Positions 29,483 to 38,848 of a stretch of 64,000 nucleotides of DNA are shown here, piece after piece. The stretch spans positions 23,329-87,328 of the forward strand of contig JAEZIZ010000083.1 of NCBI GenBank assembly GCA_023415915.1. The letters are read 5' to 3'. Each line of letters begins with the position of its first letter. Position 1 is the stretch's first letter. Below the pieces are notes generated by a model, which worked only from the letters and a program-made list of their open reading frames with translations, was not told the DNA's origin and did no database searches. The DNA is from Bacillota bacterium (GTDB lineage Bacteria; Bacillota; Clostridia; Christensenellales; SZUA-584). The position numbers and the translations under genes are program-made.

Positions 29483-29508
29483 AAAAAAACCTTATCTGCT
29501 GATAAGGT
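29483..29508 (-). terminator. Intrinsic terminator abutting the pyrR stop codon
   Basis: Minus-sense TGAACCTTATCAGCAGATAAGGTTTTTTTAT. Confidence 0.75.
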
Positions 29509-30048
29509 TCATACGGGCAAATCGTTTATAGCGACGTTATCGACGCCGTCAAATTCGGTAACGCGCACGCTTACCACCTCGTTCTTTGAAGTAGGTATGT
29601 TCTTGCCCACATAATCCGCGCGTATCGGAAGCTCCCTGTGGCCTCTGTCCACAACTACGGCAAGCTGTATGTAGCTCGGGCGTCCAAGGTCCATAAGCGC
29701 GTCAAGAGCCGCCCTTACCGTTCGCCCGGTGTATATAACATCGTCGCACAGCACTATCGTCTTCTTGTTGATGTCAAAGCATATATCGGTGCCGTTTATT
29801 ATCGGGTGGTCGGAAAGCAGCGACAAATCGTCCCTGTAAAAAGTTATGTCGAGCGAGCCTATGTCTACGCGCACGCCCTCAAACTCCTCGATATACTTCG
29901 CTATGCGCTTTGCGAGAGGCACGCCGCGCCGTTGTATGCCTATAAGAGCCATGTTCTGGGCGCCGTTGTTTTTTTCGATTATCTCGTGCGCTATGCGCTT
30001 AAGCGCCCGCTCCAGCGCTACGCTGTCCATTATTAGAGCTTTGTCCAT
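29509..30048 (-). CDS. pyrR: Bifunctional pyr mRNA-binding attenuation protein / uracil phosphoribosyltransferase
   Basis: [17 protein letters not shown] motif and PyrR-like N-terminus [23 protein letters not shown]. Start set to the ATG at 30048 after AAAGGAG; the longer tracked ORF reads through the repeat units. Confidence 0.9.
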   Translation of the reverse strand: MDKALIMDSVALERALKRIAHEIIEKNNGAQNMALIGIQRRGVPLAKRIAKYIEEFEGVRVDIGSLDITFYRDDLSLLSDHPIINGTDICFDINKKTIVLCDDVIYTGRTVRAALDALMDLGRPSYIQLAVVVDRGHRELPIRADYVGKNIPTSKNEVVSVRVTEFDGVDNVAINDLPV

Positions 30049-30065
30049 AAACGCTCCTTTCATTG

Positions 30066-30255
30066 CACCCCAGCAAGCCTCACGTCTTGCCGGGGACTCC
30101 GTATCCACACCCCAAAAAGTCTACAACTTTTTTGGGGCCCCGGTTACACCCTAAAGACCTCTGGTTTTTGGGGACCCCGGCTATACCCCATAAAGCCTCC
30201 AACTTTTTTGGGGCCCCGCCTACACCCAAAAAAGCCTCTGGCTTCTTGGTGACCC
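30066..30255. repeat. Five tandem units of the palindromic hairpin family between the PyrR attenuator and the pyrR start
   Basis: Units at 30066-30100, 30107-30141, 30146-30178, 30183-30217 and 30222-30255. Stems vary by compensatory changes (CAGCAAG/CTTGCCG against CAAAAAG/CTTTTTTG). Confidence 0.85.
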
Positions 30256-30259
30256 TACC

Positions 30260-30345
30260 AAAAAAGCCTTGCCGACGGCAAGGCTTAATGATTGCATACA
30301 ACAAATAAACGCACCTTGCCGGACTCTCCTGGTCCGATTTAAAGG
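30260..30345 (-). promoter_or_regulatory. PyrR-dependent transcription attenuator (binding loop, antiterminator, terminator)
   Basis: Minus-sense CCUUUAAAUCGGACCAGGAGAGUCCGGCAAGG (30345-30314) closely resembles the B. subtilis PyrR binding loop as I remember it (CUUUAAAACAGUCCAGAGAGGCUGAGAAGG). CGGCAAGG can pair with CCTTGCCG, the 5' arm of the terminator AAGCCTTGCCGTCGGCAAGGCTTTTTT (30286-30260). Confidence 0.8.
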
Positions 30346-30485
30346 ACACTTTTTTCTTGAAAATAACATATCATAATACTCCTCATTTGTCCATTCATTT
30401 TTCGTGATTATTATAAATATTGTTAATGTCCGCTTATTCTGATAAAATCCCCGTAACGGTATTTTTTGCTCGGGGCGGGTTAATT

Positions 30486-31292
30486 ATGATAATTTTAAGC
30501 GACATAGAATGTTTTATACTCGATATGGACGGAACTATATACCTCGGGGAGCGCGTGCTTCCCGGAGCGCCCGAATTACTGCGGCTGCTTGAAGCGCGCG
30601 GCACGGCGTATTACTTTTTTACCAACAATTCATCCGCTTCAGCATACGACTATATTGCAAAGCTAAAGCGTCTGTGGCTGGGAGTATATGAAAGAAAAAG
30701 CATAATTACTTCCGTCGACGTGACTATAGACTATATCAAAAGAACATACGGAGCAAACGCGAGCGCTTACGTAGTCGGAACTCCCGCGCTTGTTGAGCAG
30801 CTGAAAAGCGCCGGGATAGAGTGCGCGGATTCTGGCAGGCCGGATTGCCTCGTAGTGGGATTCGACACTACGCTGCGCTACGAAAGGGCCAACAGGGCGC
30901 TGGAGCTGCTGCGCGAAGGCGTTCCGTTCTTAGGAGTAAACATAGACGCGGTATGCCCGCTGGACGGCGGGAAGGTGCTGCTCGACTGCGGCAGCATTTG
31001 CGCAATGCTCACTCACGCCTCCGGAGTAAAGCCTAAATTTCTTGGCAAGCCGTTTTCAGAAACGGCGGAATATATATGCAAAACGACGGGCATACCTCCC
31101 GGAAAAACCGCAGTCGTCGGAGACCGGCTGTATACCGATATGCGCTTTGCGGCTGAAAACGGTATGTGCTCCATAGGCGTGCTGTCGGGCGAGATGACGC
31201 GCGAAGATATATATAAAAGCGATTTAAAGCTCGATTATGTTTTCAGCGGCGTACAAGAGTTATGCGACATCCTGAAACAAGCTGATATTTGA
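30486..31292 (+). CDS. HAD-IIA family hydrolase (NagD-like)
   Basis: DMDGTIY motif I, FFTNNS motif, GDRLYTDM motif IV. Start set at the ATG at 30486. Confidence 0.8.
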   Translation: MIILSDIECFILDMDGTIYLGERVLPGAPELLRLLEARGTAYYFFTNNSSASAYDYIAKLKRLWLGVYERKSIITSVDVTIDYIKRTYGANASAYVVGTPALVEQLKSAGIECADSGRPDCLVVGFDTTLRYERANRALELLREGVPFLGVNIDAVCPLDGGKVLLDCGSICAMLTHASGVKPKFLGKPFSETAEYICKTTGIPPGKTAVVGDRLYTDMRFAAENGMCSIGVLSGEMTREDIYKSDLKLDYVFSGVQELCDILKQADI

Positions 31293-31332
31293 TATTTCCC
31301 GTTAATATAATTTGAGTTAGGAGGGTTAGTTT

Positions 31333-31914
31333 ATGAAAGCGGTACTGGTTAACGGAAGCCCGAGAGAGAAAGGCAACACGTATTATATGCTCTCTGTAGT
31401 GGCGAAAGAGCTGGAATCAAGAGGCGTGAGCACTCGCATAATACAGGCTGGAGGCCGGGACATACACGGCTGCATAGCGTGCGAAGCGTGCAGAAAGAGC
31501 GGCAAGCCAAGGTGCGCGTTTGGCGACGACATAGTGAACGAGGCGATAGAGGCGATAGAGCAGGCCGACGCGCTGGTGCTCGGCTCCCCCGTTTATTTCG
31601 GAAGCCTTACGGCGCAGATGAAGGCGTTTATCGACAGGGTGGGCTACGCCGGAAGGCCGCACAAGCTTTTAAAAGGCAAGGTGTGCGCGAGCGTGGCTGT
31701 AGCGCGGCGCAACGGCGCGCTTTTCGCTTTCAACTCTATGAACAACCTGTTCACTATAGGCGAGGCTATAGTCGTGGGCTCGAGCTATTGGAACCAGGGA
31801 GTTGGAAGACTGCCCGGCGAGGTAGAAAAGGACGAGGAAGGCGTAGACACGATGAAAACGCTTGGGCAGAATATGGCCGATGTATTGTTCACGCTGAAAA
31901 GTAGAATGTATTGA
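31333..31914 (+). CDS. NADPH-dependent FMN reductase / iron-sulfur flavoprotein family oxidoreductase
   Basis: MKAVLVNGSPREKGNT flavodoxin-like N-terminus and CIACEACRK Cys cluster. Confidence 0.75.
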   Translation: MKAVLVNGSPREKGNTYYMLSVVAKELESRGVSTRIIQAGGRDIHGCIACEACRKSGKPRCAFGDDIVNEAIEAIEQADALVLGSPVYFGSLTAQMKAFIDRVGYAGRPHKLLKGKVCASVAVARRNGALFAFNSMNNLFTIGEAIVVGSSYWNQGVGRLPGEVEKDEEGVDTMKTLGQNMADVLFTLKSRMY

Positions 31915-31918
31915 CTAT

Positions 31919-31995
31919 ATACCCCAGCAAGTCTCACAACTTGCCGGGGACCCCGTATACACACCCTAGCAAGCCACACGACTTGCCGGGGACCC
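31919..31995. repeat. Two tandem units of the palindromic hairpin family
   Basis: 31919-31954 and 31961-31995, between convergent genes. Confidence 0.85.
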
Positions 31996-32009
31996 TGTAA
32001 TAAAGCAAC

Positions 32010-32038
32010 GCCCGGCTTTTAGCCGGGCTTATATTTTT
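32010..32038. terminator. Bidirectional terminator hairpin
   Basis: GCCCGGCTTTTAGCCGGGC followed by TTATATTTTT. Confidence 0.7.
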
Positions 32039-32040
32039 AA

Positions 32041-32460
32041 TTATTCAGCCGTCATTTCCTCCAGCTTTGCGTACAGCGACGGGGCAACGCGCTTTAATGA
32101 ATGCGGGCGGAAAGCCCTGTCCACGAAAACATGCGTCGAATGGCCTGTAGCTATGATCTTTGCGTCCTTCTCGCGCAGTATTTCATATGTGAACTTTACT
32201 TTTATAGAGCTTACGTCCGCAACGGTAAGCCGCACGGTAAGCTCGTCGTTGTAGCTCGCGGGATGAAAGTATTTGCATCTGTCGGATACCGGCGCGAGAA
32301 AATACCCTAAGTCTTCTATCTCCTTATAGCTCATGCCGCACTGTTTTACGAGCTCTTCAAGCGCTTCGTCAAACCAGTTGAAGTAATTAGCATGATGTGC
32401 GTATCCCTGCCTGCCCGCCTCGGAATATCTTACGCGTATCCTGCACTCGACATTTCTCAT
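32041..32460 (-). CDS. Acyl-CoA thioesterase, 4HBT/YbgC family
   Basis: RVRYSEAGRQGYAHHANYFNWFDEA hotdog-fold motif. Start at the ATG at 32460 after GGAGGG. Confidence 0.8.
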   Translation of the reverse strand: MRNVECRIRVRYSEAGRQGYAHHANYFNWFDEALEELVKQCGMSYKEIEDLGYFLAPVSDRCKYFHPASYNDELTVRLTVADVSSIKVKFTYEILREKDAKIIATGHSTHVFVDRAFRPHSLKRVAPSLYAKLEEMTAE

Positions 32461-32515
32461 TACTGACCCTCCAAAAAATCGCCCAAAAGTTCCTGCCTTT
32501 TGAGACAACGTATAT

Positions 32516-32551
32516 ATACCCCATCAAGCCTTGCGTCTTGCTAGGGGCCCC
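32516..32551. repeat. Single unit of the palindromic hairpin family
   Basis: ATACCCCATCAAGCCTTGCGTCTTGCTAGGGGCCCC. Confidence 0.8.
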
Positions 32552-32556
32552 GTATA

Positions 32557-32754
32557 TTAATATCCGTTTTCCAGCAGTATTTCTCTTGCCGAGCCGGCCT
32601 CCGATTCAAGCACAAGTATCTCGTATGTATCGTCGCTGCTTTTTATTTTGCCGGAAACGTTAGAAAGCTTAACAAGAATACCCTCGGATTCGAGCAGTTT
32701 CTGCATCTTGCAGGCAATCTTTCGAGAGCCGGCCATACCCACCACAATCCACAT
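32557..32754 (-). CDS. Small protein (65 aa), DUF2007-like putative signal-transducing fold
   Basis: Good RBS AGGAGGAG. The pattern ..A..LL...GI......Y.I.V...EA..A..IL resembles DUF2007. Assignment is tentative. Confidence 0.5.
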   Translation of the reverse strand: MWIVVGMAGSRKIACKMQKLLESEGILVKLSNVSGKIKSSDDTYEILVLESEAGSAREILLENGY

Positions 32755-32771
32755 AGCCGCTCCTCCTGTTA

Positions 32772-33008
32772 CTATTCATCTCCGGAAACAACAATACCAT
32801 GAGACGTAAGTATCTGCGCGTTCCCGCGTATCTTTATTGCGGACGTGTTCTCGGTAAACTGCGCTATCATTACTTCGCCCCTGTCAAGCTTTTCGGTGTG
32901 ATGAAACTTGGTGTCCCTTCCCCTGGTCATGCCTATGATATTGACTCCGTCTTTGAGCGCCTTTACGACTATGAATTCCTGACCAACGTTGTTATTGGAA
33001 GCATCCAT
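32772..33008 (-). CDS. mtrB: trp RNA-binding attenuation protein (TRAP)
   Basis: [51 protein letters not shown] aligns almost residue for residue with B. subtilis MtrB as I remember it ([51 protein letters not shown]). Confidence 0.9.
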   Translation of the reverse strand: MDASNNNVGQEFIVVKALKDGVNIIGMTRGRDTKFHHTEKLDRGEVMIAQFTENTSAIKIRGNAQILTSHGIVVSGDE

Positions 33009-33077
33009 CTTAATTCACCCCAGCTTTATTTGGTAATATACTAACATAAGAGCAGCGGCTCTTCAATAGACGCGATG

Positions 33078-36000
33078 TCATTTTACAACCACGTTCTCAT
33101 TGCCAAAAGTTGAAATGAGGTTGTTTATAAGCGAACCCGTGAGAGAAACTTTAAGCCCGTTGCCTGTTTTTATCCTCTCTCCGGTCCTTTCGACGACTAT
33201 GTTTACAGACTCGGTGCCGGGCGAAGTTTTGAGTATGCGCTTTAAACGATCTGTATCCTCTCCCATGTCCTTAGGTATGCGCACGTACAGCTTTTTGCCG
33301 CTGAATTTCGCGTCTTCCTTTTCGTACGGCGCGATATCCTCGACGAGCAGCATAGGTGGTTCGTCCTCCCGTATATCAACCTTGCCCGTTACGCGCACAA
33401 TCGTGTCGTTAACCAGCATCAGCTCGCATTTCTGGTAAACGCTTGGGAATATGATCAGTTCTATCGTACCATAGAGGTCTTCAAGATATGCGCCCGCCAT
33501 CATTTTTTTCTGCTTTGTGGAGCGCCGCCTTATGCCGCTTAATATACCTACTAGTTCTACCACTCTCGATTCGAAGTATTTTGCAGAATCGGCGTCTTCA
33601 TTCGCGGACAGTATCTTGTATATGTTTATGTCGCGCTTTTCCAGATCATCTTTGTACTGGTCGAGCGGGTGGCCCGAAAGGTAAACACCGGTGGCTATCT
33701 TCTCCATCGTCAAAAGCTGGTCTTTTTCATATTCGGCCGTGTCGGGATAGTCGTCCGAGTCCGCAATGCCGATTGACGCTTCGTCAAACAGCGATACCTG
33801 CCCGGAAACGTTCTTCTTTTTAGCGTCCTGCGCCGATTTAAGTACGCGGTCGCTGACCGCCATAAGCTGGGAGCGCTTGAGCCCGAGGCTGTCAAAGCAG
33901 CCCGCGAGAATAAAGCCTTCGAGCATCTTCTTGTTGATAAAATCAACCGTCCTGTTAATGAACTCCCTAAAACTTGTAAACTTGCCCTTTTCCCTCTCCT
34001 TAACTATATACTCCGCCGCGTGGCCTACGTCCCTTATGGCGGCGAAGCCGAACCTTATCGCCCCGTTTTCCACAGAAAACAGGTATTTGGATTTATTGAT
34101 ATCGGGCGGCAGCATCTTTATGCCGGCGCTCGCACAATACTGTATGTAAGCAGAGATTTTGTCGGGCACGCCTATAAAGCTGTTTAGCAGCGCCGTGAAA
34201 TATTCGGCTTTGTAGTAGTATTTTAGATAAGCGGTATAGTATGATATGACGGCGTACGCGCACGCGTGCGATTTGTTGAACGCGTATTCGGCAAAGTCCA
34301 TCATCTGGTTGAATATCTGCTCCGCTACGGGGGCGGGCACGCCGCGTTTTACCGCTCCGTCCACTCCGCTCTTCTCGTCACCGTATATGAAAACCTGCCG
34401 CTCTTTTTCCATCACGTCTTTTTTCTTTTTAGCCATAGCGCGGCGCACGAGATCGCTGCGCCCGTACGAATACCCGGCAAGCTCCCGGACTATTTCCATT
34501 ACCTGCTCCTGGTATACTATGCAGCCGAACGTGTCCTTAAGTATGTTTTCAAGCAACGGGTGCGCGTATTTTATGTTTTTTGAGTCGCGCCTTGCCGCGA
34601 GATAAGCGGGTATGCTTTCCATTGGCCCCGGGCGGAACAGAGCAATTACGACCATTATGTCGCCTAAGTTTTCTGCCTTCATCTGCATAGCCAGCTGCCG
34701 CATCCCCGAGCTTTCAAGCTGGAATATTCCGTCGGTGTCGCCCGAAGCTATAAGGTCGTAAACGTTCTTGTCATCGAAACGCAGATGTTCAAGGTCTACG
34801 TCTATACCTCTTGTCTCCTTTATTATCTCCGTTGCGTGGCGTATAACGGTTAAGTTTCTGAGCCCCAGAAAGTCCATCTTCAAAAGCCCGAGGGTCTCGA
34901 GCGTGGTCATAGGAAACTGCGTTATTACGCTTCCGTCACGCGGGTTTATCTGAAGCGGCACATATTCGGTAATCGGCAGGTTGGATATTACTACGCCCGC
35001 CGCGTGCGTGGAGGCGTGACGGGGTATGCCCTCTAATTTCATCGCCGTATCCAGCAGTTTTCTTATCTCAGGCTTGGTTTCATACTCGTTGCGCAGCCTA
35101 GCGTTTTCCTGCATCGCGCGCCGTATTGTCATCTTAAGCGCAAACGGCACCATCTTTGCTATCCTGTCCGCTTCGGCGACGGGGAACTTCTGCGCGCGCG
35201 CAACGTCGCGTATCACCTGCTTCGCGCCCAGAGTACCGAACGTAATTATCTGCGCCACCCTGTCTTCGCCGTACTTGCTGACAACGTAATCGATAACCTC
35301 TCCCCTGCGCTCTATGCAGAAGTCTATGTCTATATCCGGCATGCTTATGCGCTCGGGGTTTAAAAAACGCTCGAATAATAGCTTGTATTCTATAGGGTCT
35401 ATGTCCGTTATCCTGAGCGCGTACGCGGCAAGGCTGCCCGCCGCGCTGCCCCTGCCGGGGCCTACGGATATGCCCCTGTCGCGCGCGAACTTTATAAAAT
35501 CCCAGACTATGAGAAAATAGTCCGTAAAGCCCATGCTGTCTATTACGCCCAGCTCAAATTCAAGGCGCTGCTTGAGCTCGTCCGTAACATTTTCGTACCG
35601 GTTTTTCAGCCCTTCGAAGCATATTTTTCTCAAATACTCTTTGTTGCTTATGTTTTCCGGCACTTTGAAAACCGGGAGATGTATGGACTTAAAGTCCATC
35701 GTTACGCCGCACTTGTCGGCAATGGCGTTAGTGTTCGATATGGCTTCGGGAACGTGTTTGAAAAGCGCGGCCATTTCTTCAGCGCTCTTTAAGTAAAATT
35801 CGTCCGTGCCGAATTTGAGCCTGTCGGTGTCGTCCACAAACGAGCGCGTCTGTATGCACAGCAGCACGTCCTGCGTCTCGGCGTCTTCGCGGGCTATATA
35901 GTGCACGTCGTTGGTGGCGACAAGCGGTATCGAAAGGCGACTGCCCATGTCTATAAGCGCCGCGTTCACAGGCTTTTGCTCGGGCAGGAAATGATCCTGC

Positions 36001-36515
36001 AGCTCGAGATAGAAATCCTCGCCGAACATGTCGCGTAAACGCGCGGCCAGCCTTTCCGCGGCGGCAATGTCGCCGCTCATTATATATCGCGGTATGTCTC
36101 CCGCCAGACACGCCGAGAGGCAAATAAGCCCGTCTTTGTATTTGCCCAGCACGTCATAGTCTATTCTCGGTTTATGATAAAACCCTTGGGTGAACGCAAT
36201 CGAAGAAAGGCGCATCAGGTTTTTGTAGCCCTCGTTGTTTTTGGCAAGCAGCACTAGATGCGAGTATTCCTTCATGGCCTTGGTTTTGTCGGCAAGACTG
36301 CCCGGAGCGACATAGACCTCGCAGCCGATAATTGGCTTTACGCCCTCCTCTTCGGCTTTCCTGTAGAAGTCTACAACGCCGTACATTACGCCGTGGTCGG
36401 TGATAGCGGCGCTGTACATGCCCATCTGCTTTACGCGCTCTATTAAATCGTTTATCCTCGCCGTGCCGTCCAGCAGGCTGTATTCGGTATGCAGGTGTAA
36501 ATGTGTAAAATCCAT
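33078..36515 (-). CDS. dnaE: DNA polymerase III alpha subunit
   Basis: 1145 aa. PHP domain MDFTHLHLHTEYSLLDG plus polymerase core motifs. Confidence 0.95.
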   Translation of the reverse strand: MDFTHLHLHTEYSLLDGTARINDLIERVKQMGMYSAAITDHGVMYGVVDFYRKAEEEGVKPIIGCEVYVAPGSLADKTKAMKEYSHLVLLAKNNEGYKNLMRLSSIAFTQGFYHKPRIDYDVLGKYKDGLICLSACLAGDIPRYIMSGDIAAAERLAARLRDMFGEDFYLELQDHFLPEQKPVNAALIDMGSRLSIPLVATNDVHYIAREDAETQDVLLCIQTRSFVDDTDRLKFGTDEFYLKSAEEMAALFKHVPEAISNTNAIADKCGVTMDFKSIHLPVFKVPENISNKEYLRKICFEGLKNRYENVTDELKQRLEFELGVIDSMGFTDYFLIVWDFIKFARDRGISVGPGRGSAAGSLAAYALRITDIDPIEYKLLFERFLNPERISMPDIDIDFCIERRGEVIDYVVSKYGEDRVAQIITFGTLGAKQVIRDVARAQKFPVAEADRIAKMVPFALKMTIRRAMQENARLRNEYETKPEIRKLLDTAMKLEGIPRHASTHAAGVVISNLPITEYVPLQINPRDGSVITQFPMTTLETLGLLKMDFLGLRNLTVIRHATEIIKETRGIDVDLEHLRFDDKNVYDLIASGDTDGIFQLESSGMRQLAMQMKAENLGDIMVVIALFRPGPMESIPAYLAARRDSKNIKYAHPLLENILKDTFGCIVYQEQVMEIVRELAGYSYGRSDLVRRAMAKKKKDVMEKERQVFIYGDEKSGVDGAVKRGVPAPVAEQIFNQMMDFAEYAFNKSHACAYAVISYYTAYLKYYYKAEYFTALLNSFIGVPDKISAYIQYCASAGIKMLPPDINKSKYLFSVENGAIRFGFAAIRDVGHAAEYIVKEREKGKFTSFREFINRTVDFINKKMLEGFILAGCFDSLGLKRSQLMAVSDRVLKSAQDAKKKNVSGQVSLFDEASIGIADSDDYPDTAEYEKDQLLTMEKIATGVYLSGHPLDQYKDDLEKRDINIYKILSANEDADSAKYFESRVVELVGILSGIRRRSTKQKKMMAGAYLEDLYGTIELIIFPSVYQKCELMLVNDTIVRVTGKVDIREDEPPMLLVEDIAPYEKEDAKFSGKKLYVRIPKDMGEDTDRLKRILKTSPGTESVNIVVERTGERIKTGNGLKVSLTGSLINNLISTFGNENVVVK

Positions 36516-36671
36516 TAAACGCCTCCATACCTATAATACTCTAAAAGCAGCCTCCGTTCAAATACTTTAATTGCTCTATAATTGGTTTGGAAACCGCATA
36601 AAACGCTGAAAGTAAAATATACATACCGCGGGCGATATGTTATAATTTAATAAAAGTTTTTGGAGAGTGCA

Positions 36672-37430
36672 ATGCGGCAACGCAGTAGTGGCAGAATAAG
36701 ACGTGCGGTAAAGATAATACTTGTGATATTGTTTTGGCTTGCCGTATGGCAGATCGCTTCTATGCTGGTAAACAGGTCTCTTTACATGCCTTCCCCTGCC
36801 GAAACGTTTACAGCTTTAAGCAGAATTGTTGTGACGGAAAAATTCTGGCTCGACGTAGCGTTCACGTTTTACCGCGTCGTTTTCGGAATAGCGATATCTT
36901 TTGTTTCGGGCATAGCACTTGCTTACCTTGCGTCGCGCTGGAGCGTGCTGGAAACGCTGCTGGGCCCCGCTGTAACCGCAGTAAAATCTACGCCTGTGGC
37001 TTCTGTTATAATACTGGCGCTCGTATGGTTCGACTCGTCGTTCGTGCCCGTGTTTTCCTGCGTGCTGCTGTGTTTTCCCATATTCTATACGAACACTCTC
37101 TCCGGCATAAAATCTGTGGACAAGGATTTGCTTGAAATGGCCGCCGTATTCGGAGTAAGGCACAAAAGAGTGCTGACCGGCATAAGCGTGCCTTCCGTGC
37201 TGCCCAATGTCTATTCGGCGCTGTCCATATGCCTAGGGTTTTCGTGGAAATCGGTAGTCGCCGCCGAGGTGCTCGCAAGCTCAAAGCATTCCATGGGTTA
37301 TAACCTTTATACTACAAAGCTTAGCCTCGAGACGCCGGAGCTGTTTGCGTGGACGTTAACAATAATAATAGTAAGCATAATTGTGGAAAAAGGGCTAAAG
37401 CGCATACTGCCGCGGGGTAACAGGCTATGA
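36672..37430 (+). CDS. ABC transporter permease (NitT/TauT-like family)
   Basis: Six TM segments and an EAA-like loop. Start set to the ATG at 36672 after GGAGAG. Confidence 0.8.
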   Translation: MRQRSSGRIRRAVKIILVILFWLAVWQIASMLVNRSLYMPSPAETFTALSRIVVTEKFWLDVAFTFYRVVFGIAISFVSGIALAYLASRWSVLETLLGPAVTAVKSTPVASVIILALVWFDSSFVPVFSCVLLCFPIFYTNTLSGIKSVDKDLLEMAAVFGVRHKRVLTGISVPSVLPNVYSALSICLGFSWKSVVAAEVLASSKHSMGYNLYTTKLSLETPELFAWTLTIIIVSIIVEKGLKRILPRGNRL

Positions 37431-38041
37431 GCATAAGGCTTGAGTCGCTTACAAAAAAATTCGGCGAACAGGTTTTGTTCGACAATATAAACTTGGAGAT
37501 TCCTCTTAACAGGACCACCGTGCTCGCGGGGCCTTCGGGCTGCGGCAAGACGACGCTGCTTAGGATACTCGCGGGGCTTGATAAAGACTATACGGGGAAT
37601 GTGACGGGCGTGCCTGAGAAAAAATCCTTCATGTTTCAGGAGGATAGGCTATTGCCCTGGCAGAGCGTTAAAGGCAATATTGAGTTTGTGCTGAAAGACA
37701 TAATGGGTAAAGACGAGATGGACGCCGTAACGCGGGACATTATAGAAGCAATGCGGCTTACGGGGCATGAAGACAAGACGCCTTCCAAGCTATCGGGCGG
37801 CATGAAACGCCGTGTCGCTATGGCCCGCGCTTACTGCTGCCCTGCCGAGCTTTACTTGCTCGACGAGCCGTTCAAAGGCTTTGACTCAAAGCTGTTAAAC
37901 GATATGATCTCGCTTTTCAAACGGCTTTTTATAGAGCGGGAAAAGAGCGTAATACTCGTAACGCACGACGAAGCGGTAATAAGCGGACTGGGGCAAAACC
38001 TTATTGATATAAGCGGGTTTTGCAGAGCAAGCGGGCGTTGA
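37427..38041 (+). CDS. ABC transporter ATP-binding protein
   Basis: Walker A GPSGCGKTT, signature LSGGMKRR, Walker B LLDEP. ATGA overlap with the permease gene. No binding-protein gene adjacent. Confidence 0.9.
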   Translation: MSIRLESLTKKFGEQVLFDNINLEIPLNRTTVLAGPSGCGKTTLLRILAGLDKDYTGNVTGVPEKKSFMFQEDRLLPWQSVKGNIEFVLKDIMGKDEMDAVTRDIIEAMRLTGHEDKTPSKLSGGMKRRVAMARAYCCPAELYLLDEPFKGFDSKLLNDMISLFKRLFIEREKSVILVTHDEAVISGLGQNLIDISGFCRASGR

Positions 38042-38092
38042 TGAAATAGCCCCTTATAAAGCTATAAAGTTTTATTTAATAGCGTAAGAATA

Positions 38093-38133
38093 TAAAAACA
38101 CCCCCGGCATTTAATTTTACCGGGAGTGTTTTA
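38093..38133. terminator. Bidirectional terminator between the ABC ATPase and the SleB-like gene
   Basis: AAAAACACCCCCGGCATTTAATTTTACCGGGAGTGTTTTAT. Confidence 0.75.
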
Positions 38134-38176
38134 TATATTAAATTTTATAATGATATTCAGTTTTGTGTTTTGCCTG

Positions 38177-38848
38177 TCACCATTTGCCGCAATAAAAACT
38201 GTGGTTTCCTATCCTGTCGAAATATTTGCCGTGCCAGTTTTTCCTTTTGCTTTTCTGGAAATAGTACATGTTCTTAGGATAAGGCGAATTGTCTATCGCG
38301 TATTCGACCGCTTCTAAGCAAGCGTCGTCGTAACGTTTGCTTACCGCGAACTGGTGTCTTGAAAAAACTACGCTCTTAATAGACTTTCCGAATTTGCCGC
38401 TTTCGTACCTGTTTAGTATAACCTGCGCAACCGCGACTTTGCCCTCGAAGCTTTCACCGCGCGCTTCCGCGTATACGACACGCGCTATCATATTCTTTTC
38501 GTCGTCGGTGTACTTCTCGGGCAGTATCACTATACCCTCGGCGTGTATGAACTTTGGCGCGCGTGCGTCGGCTTCTATATCTGCAACCGGCGTGTAACCG
38601 AGTACAAGTTCCTTTATATGCGTGCCTGCGGAAATATTCCCTTTTTTCTGGTTACGCGATTCTGTTTCTATCCCCCTGTTCTTCCCTTGCGTATAATGCG
38701 GTTTTGCAAGGGCTTCGCTGAATTCCACGCCGGGCAGGTCAAGCGCCCCCCGGAGTCCTATTGCGTTCGCCGTTATTCCAATCGGCCTTTCTGCGGCAAA
38801 CGTGGTTATTTCGAATATACTGAGCAGCAATCCAATGGTCACAAGCAA
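38177..38848 (-). CDS. Cell wall hydrolase, SleB/CwlJ (Hydrolase_2) family
   Basis: ARVVYAEARGESFEGKVAVAQVILNR...SVVFSRHQFA motif. The 5' end is uncertain: the signal-like sequence continues upstream of the TTG at 38848 (see finding). Confidence 0.8.
   Translation of the reverse strand: MLVTIGLLLSIFEITTFAAERPIGITANAIGLRGALDLPGVEFSEALAKPHYTQGKNRGIETESRNQKKGNISAGTHIKELVLGYTPVADIEADARAPKFIHAEGIVILPEKYTDDEKNMIARVVYAEARGESFEGKVAVAQVILNRYESGKFGKSIKSVVFSRHQFAVSKRYDDACLEAVEYAIDNSPYPKNMYYFQKSKRKNWHGKYFDRIGNHSFYCGKW

Noticed and set aside
29338-29508. Second PyrR binding loop between pyrR and pyrB
   Set aside because: No CCAGAGAGG-like loop flanked by CCUU/AAGG was found in the spacer or in the 3' end of pyrR. 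Only a plain terminator plus repeat units is present.
30063-30349. ORFs 30063-30308(+) and 30080-30349(-), the 20-codon N-terminal extension of pyrR, and a CRISPR-like appearance of the 41-bp periodic array
   Set aside because: These ORFs are translations of the tandem hairpin repeats and the PyrR attenuator. The array has no unique spacers between repeats, every unit is itself a palindrome, and no cas genes are present. It is not a CRISPR.
33009-33077. TRAP binding array near mtrB or elsewhere in the window
   Set aside because: Leaders scanned by eye show no series of 9 or more GAG/UAG triplets at 2-3 nt spacing.
36530-36671. TPP or other riboswitch upstream of the orphan ABC permease/ATPase pair
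   Set aside because: No CTGAGA..ACCTGA THI-box blocks or other recognisable aptamer were seen.
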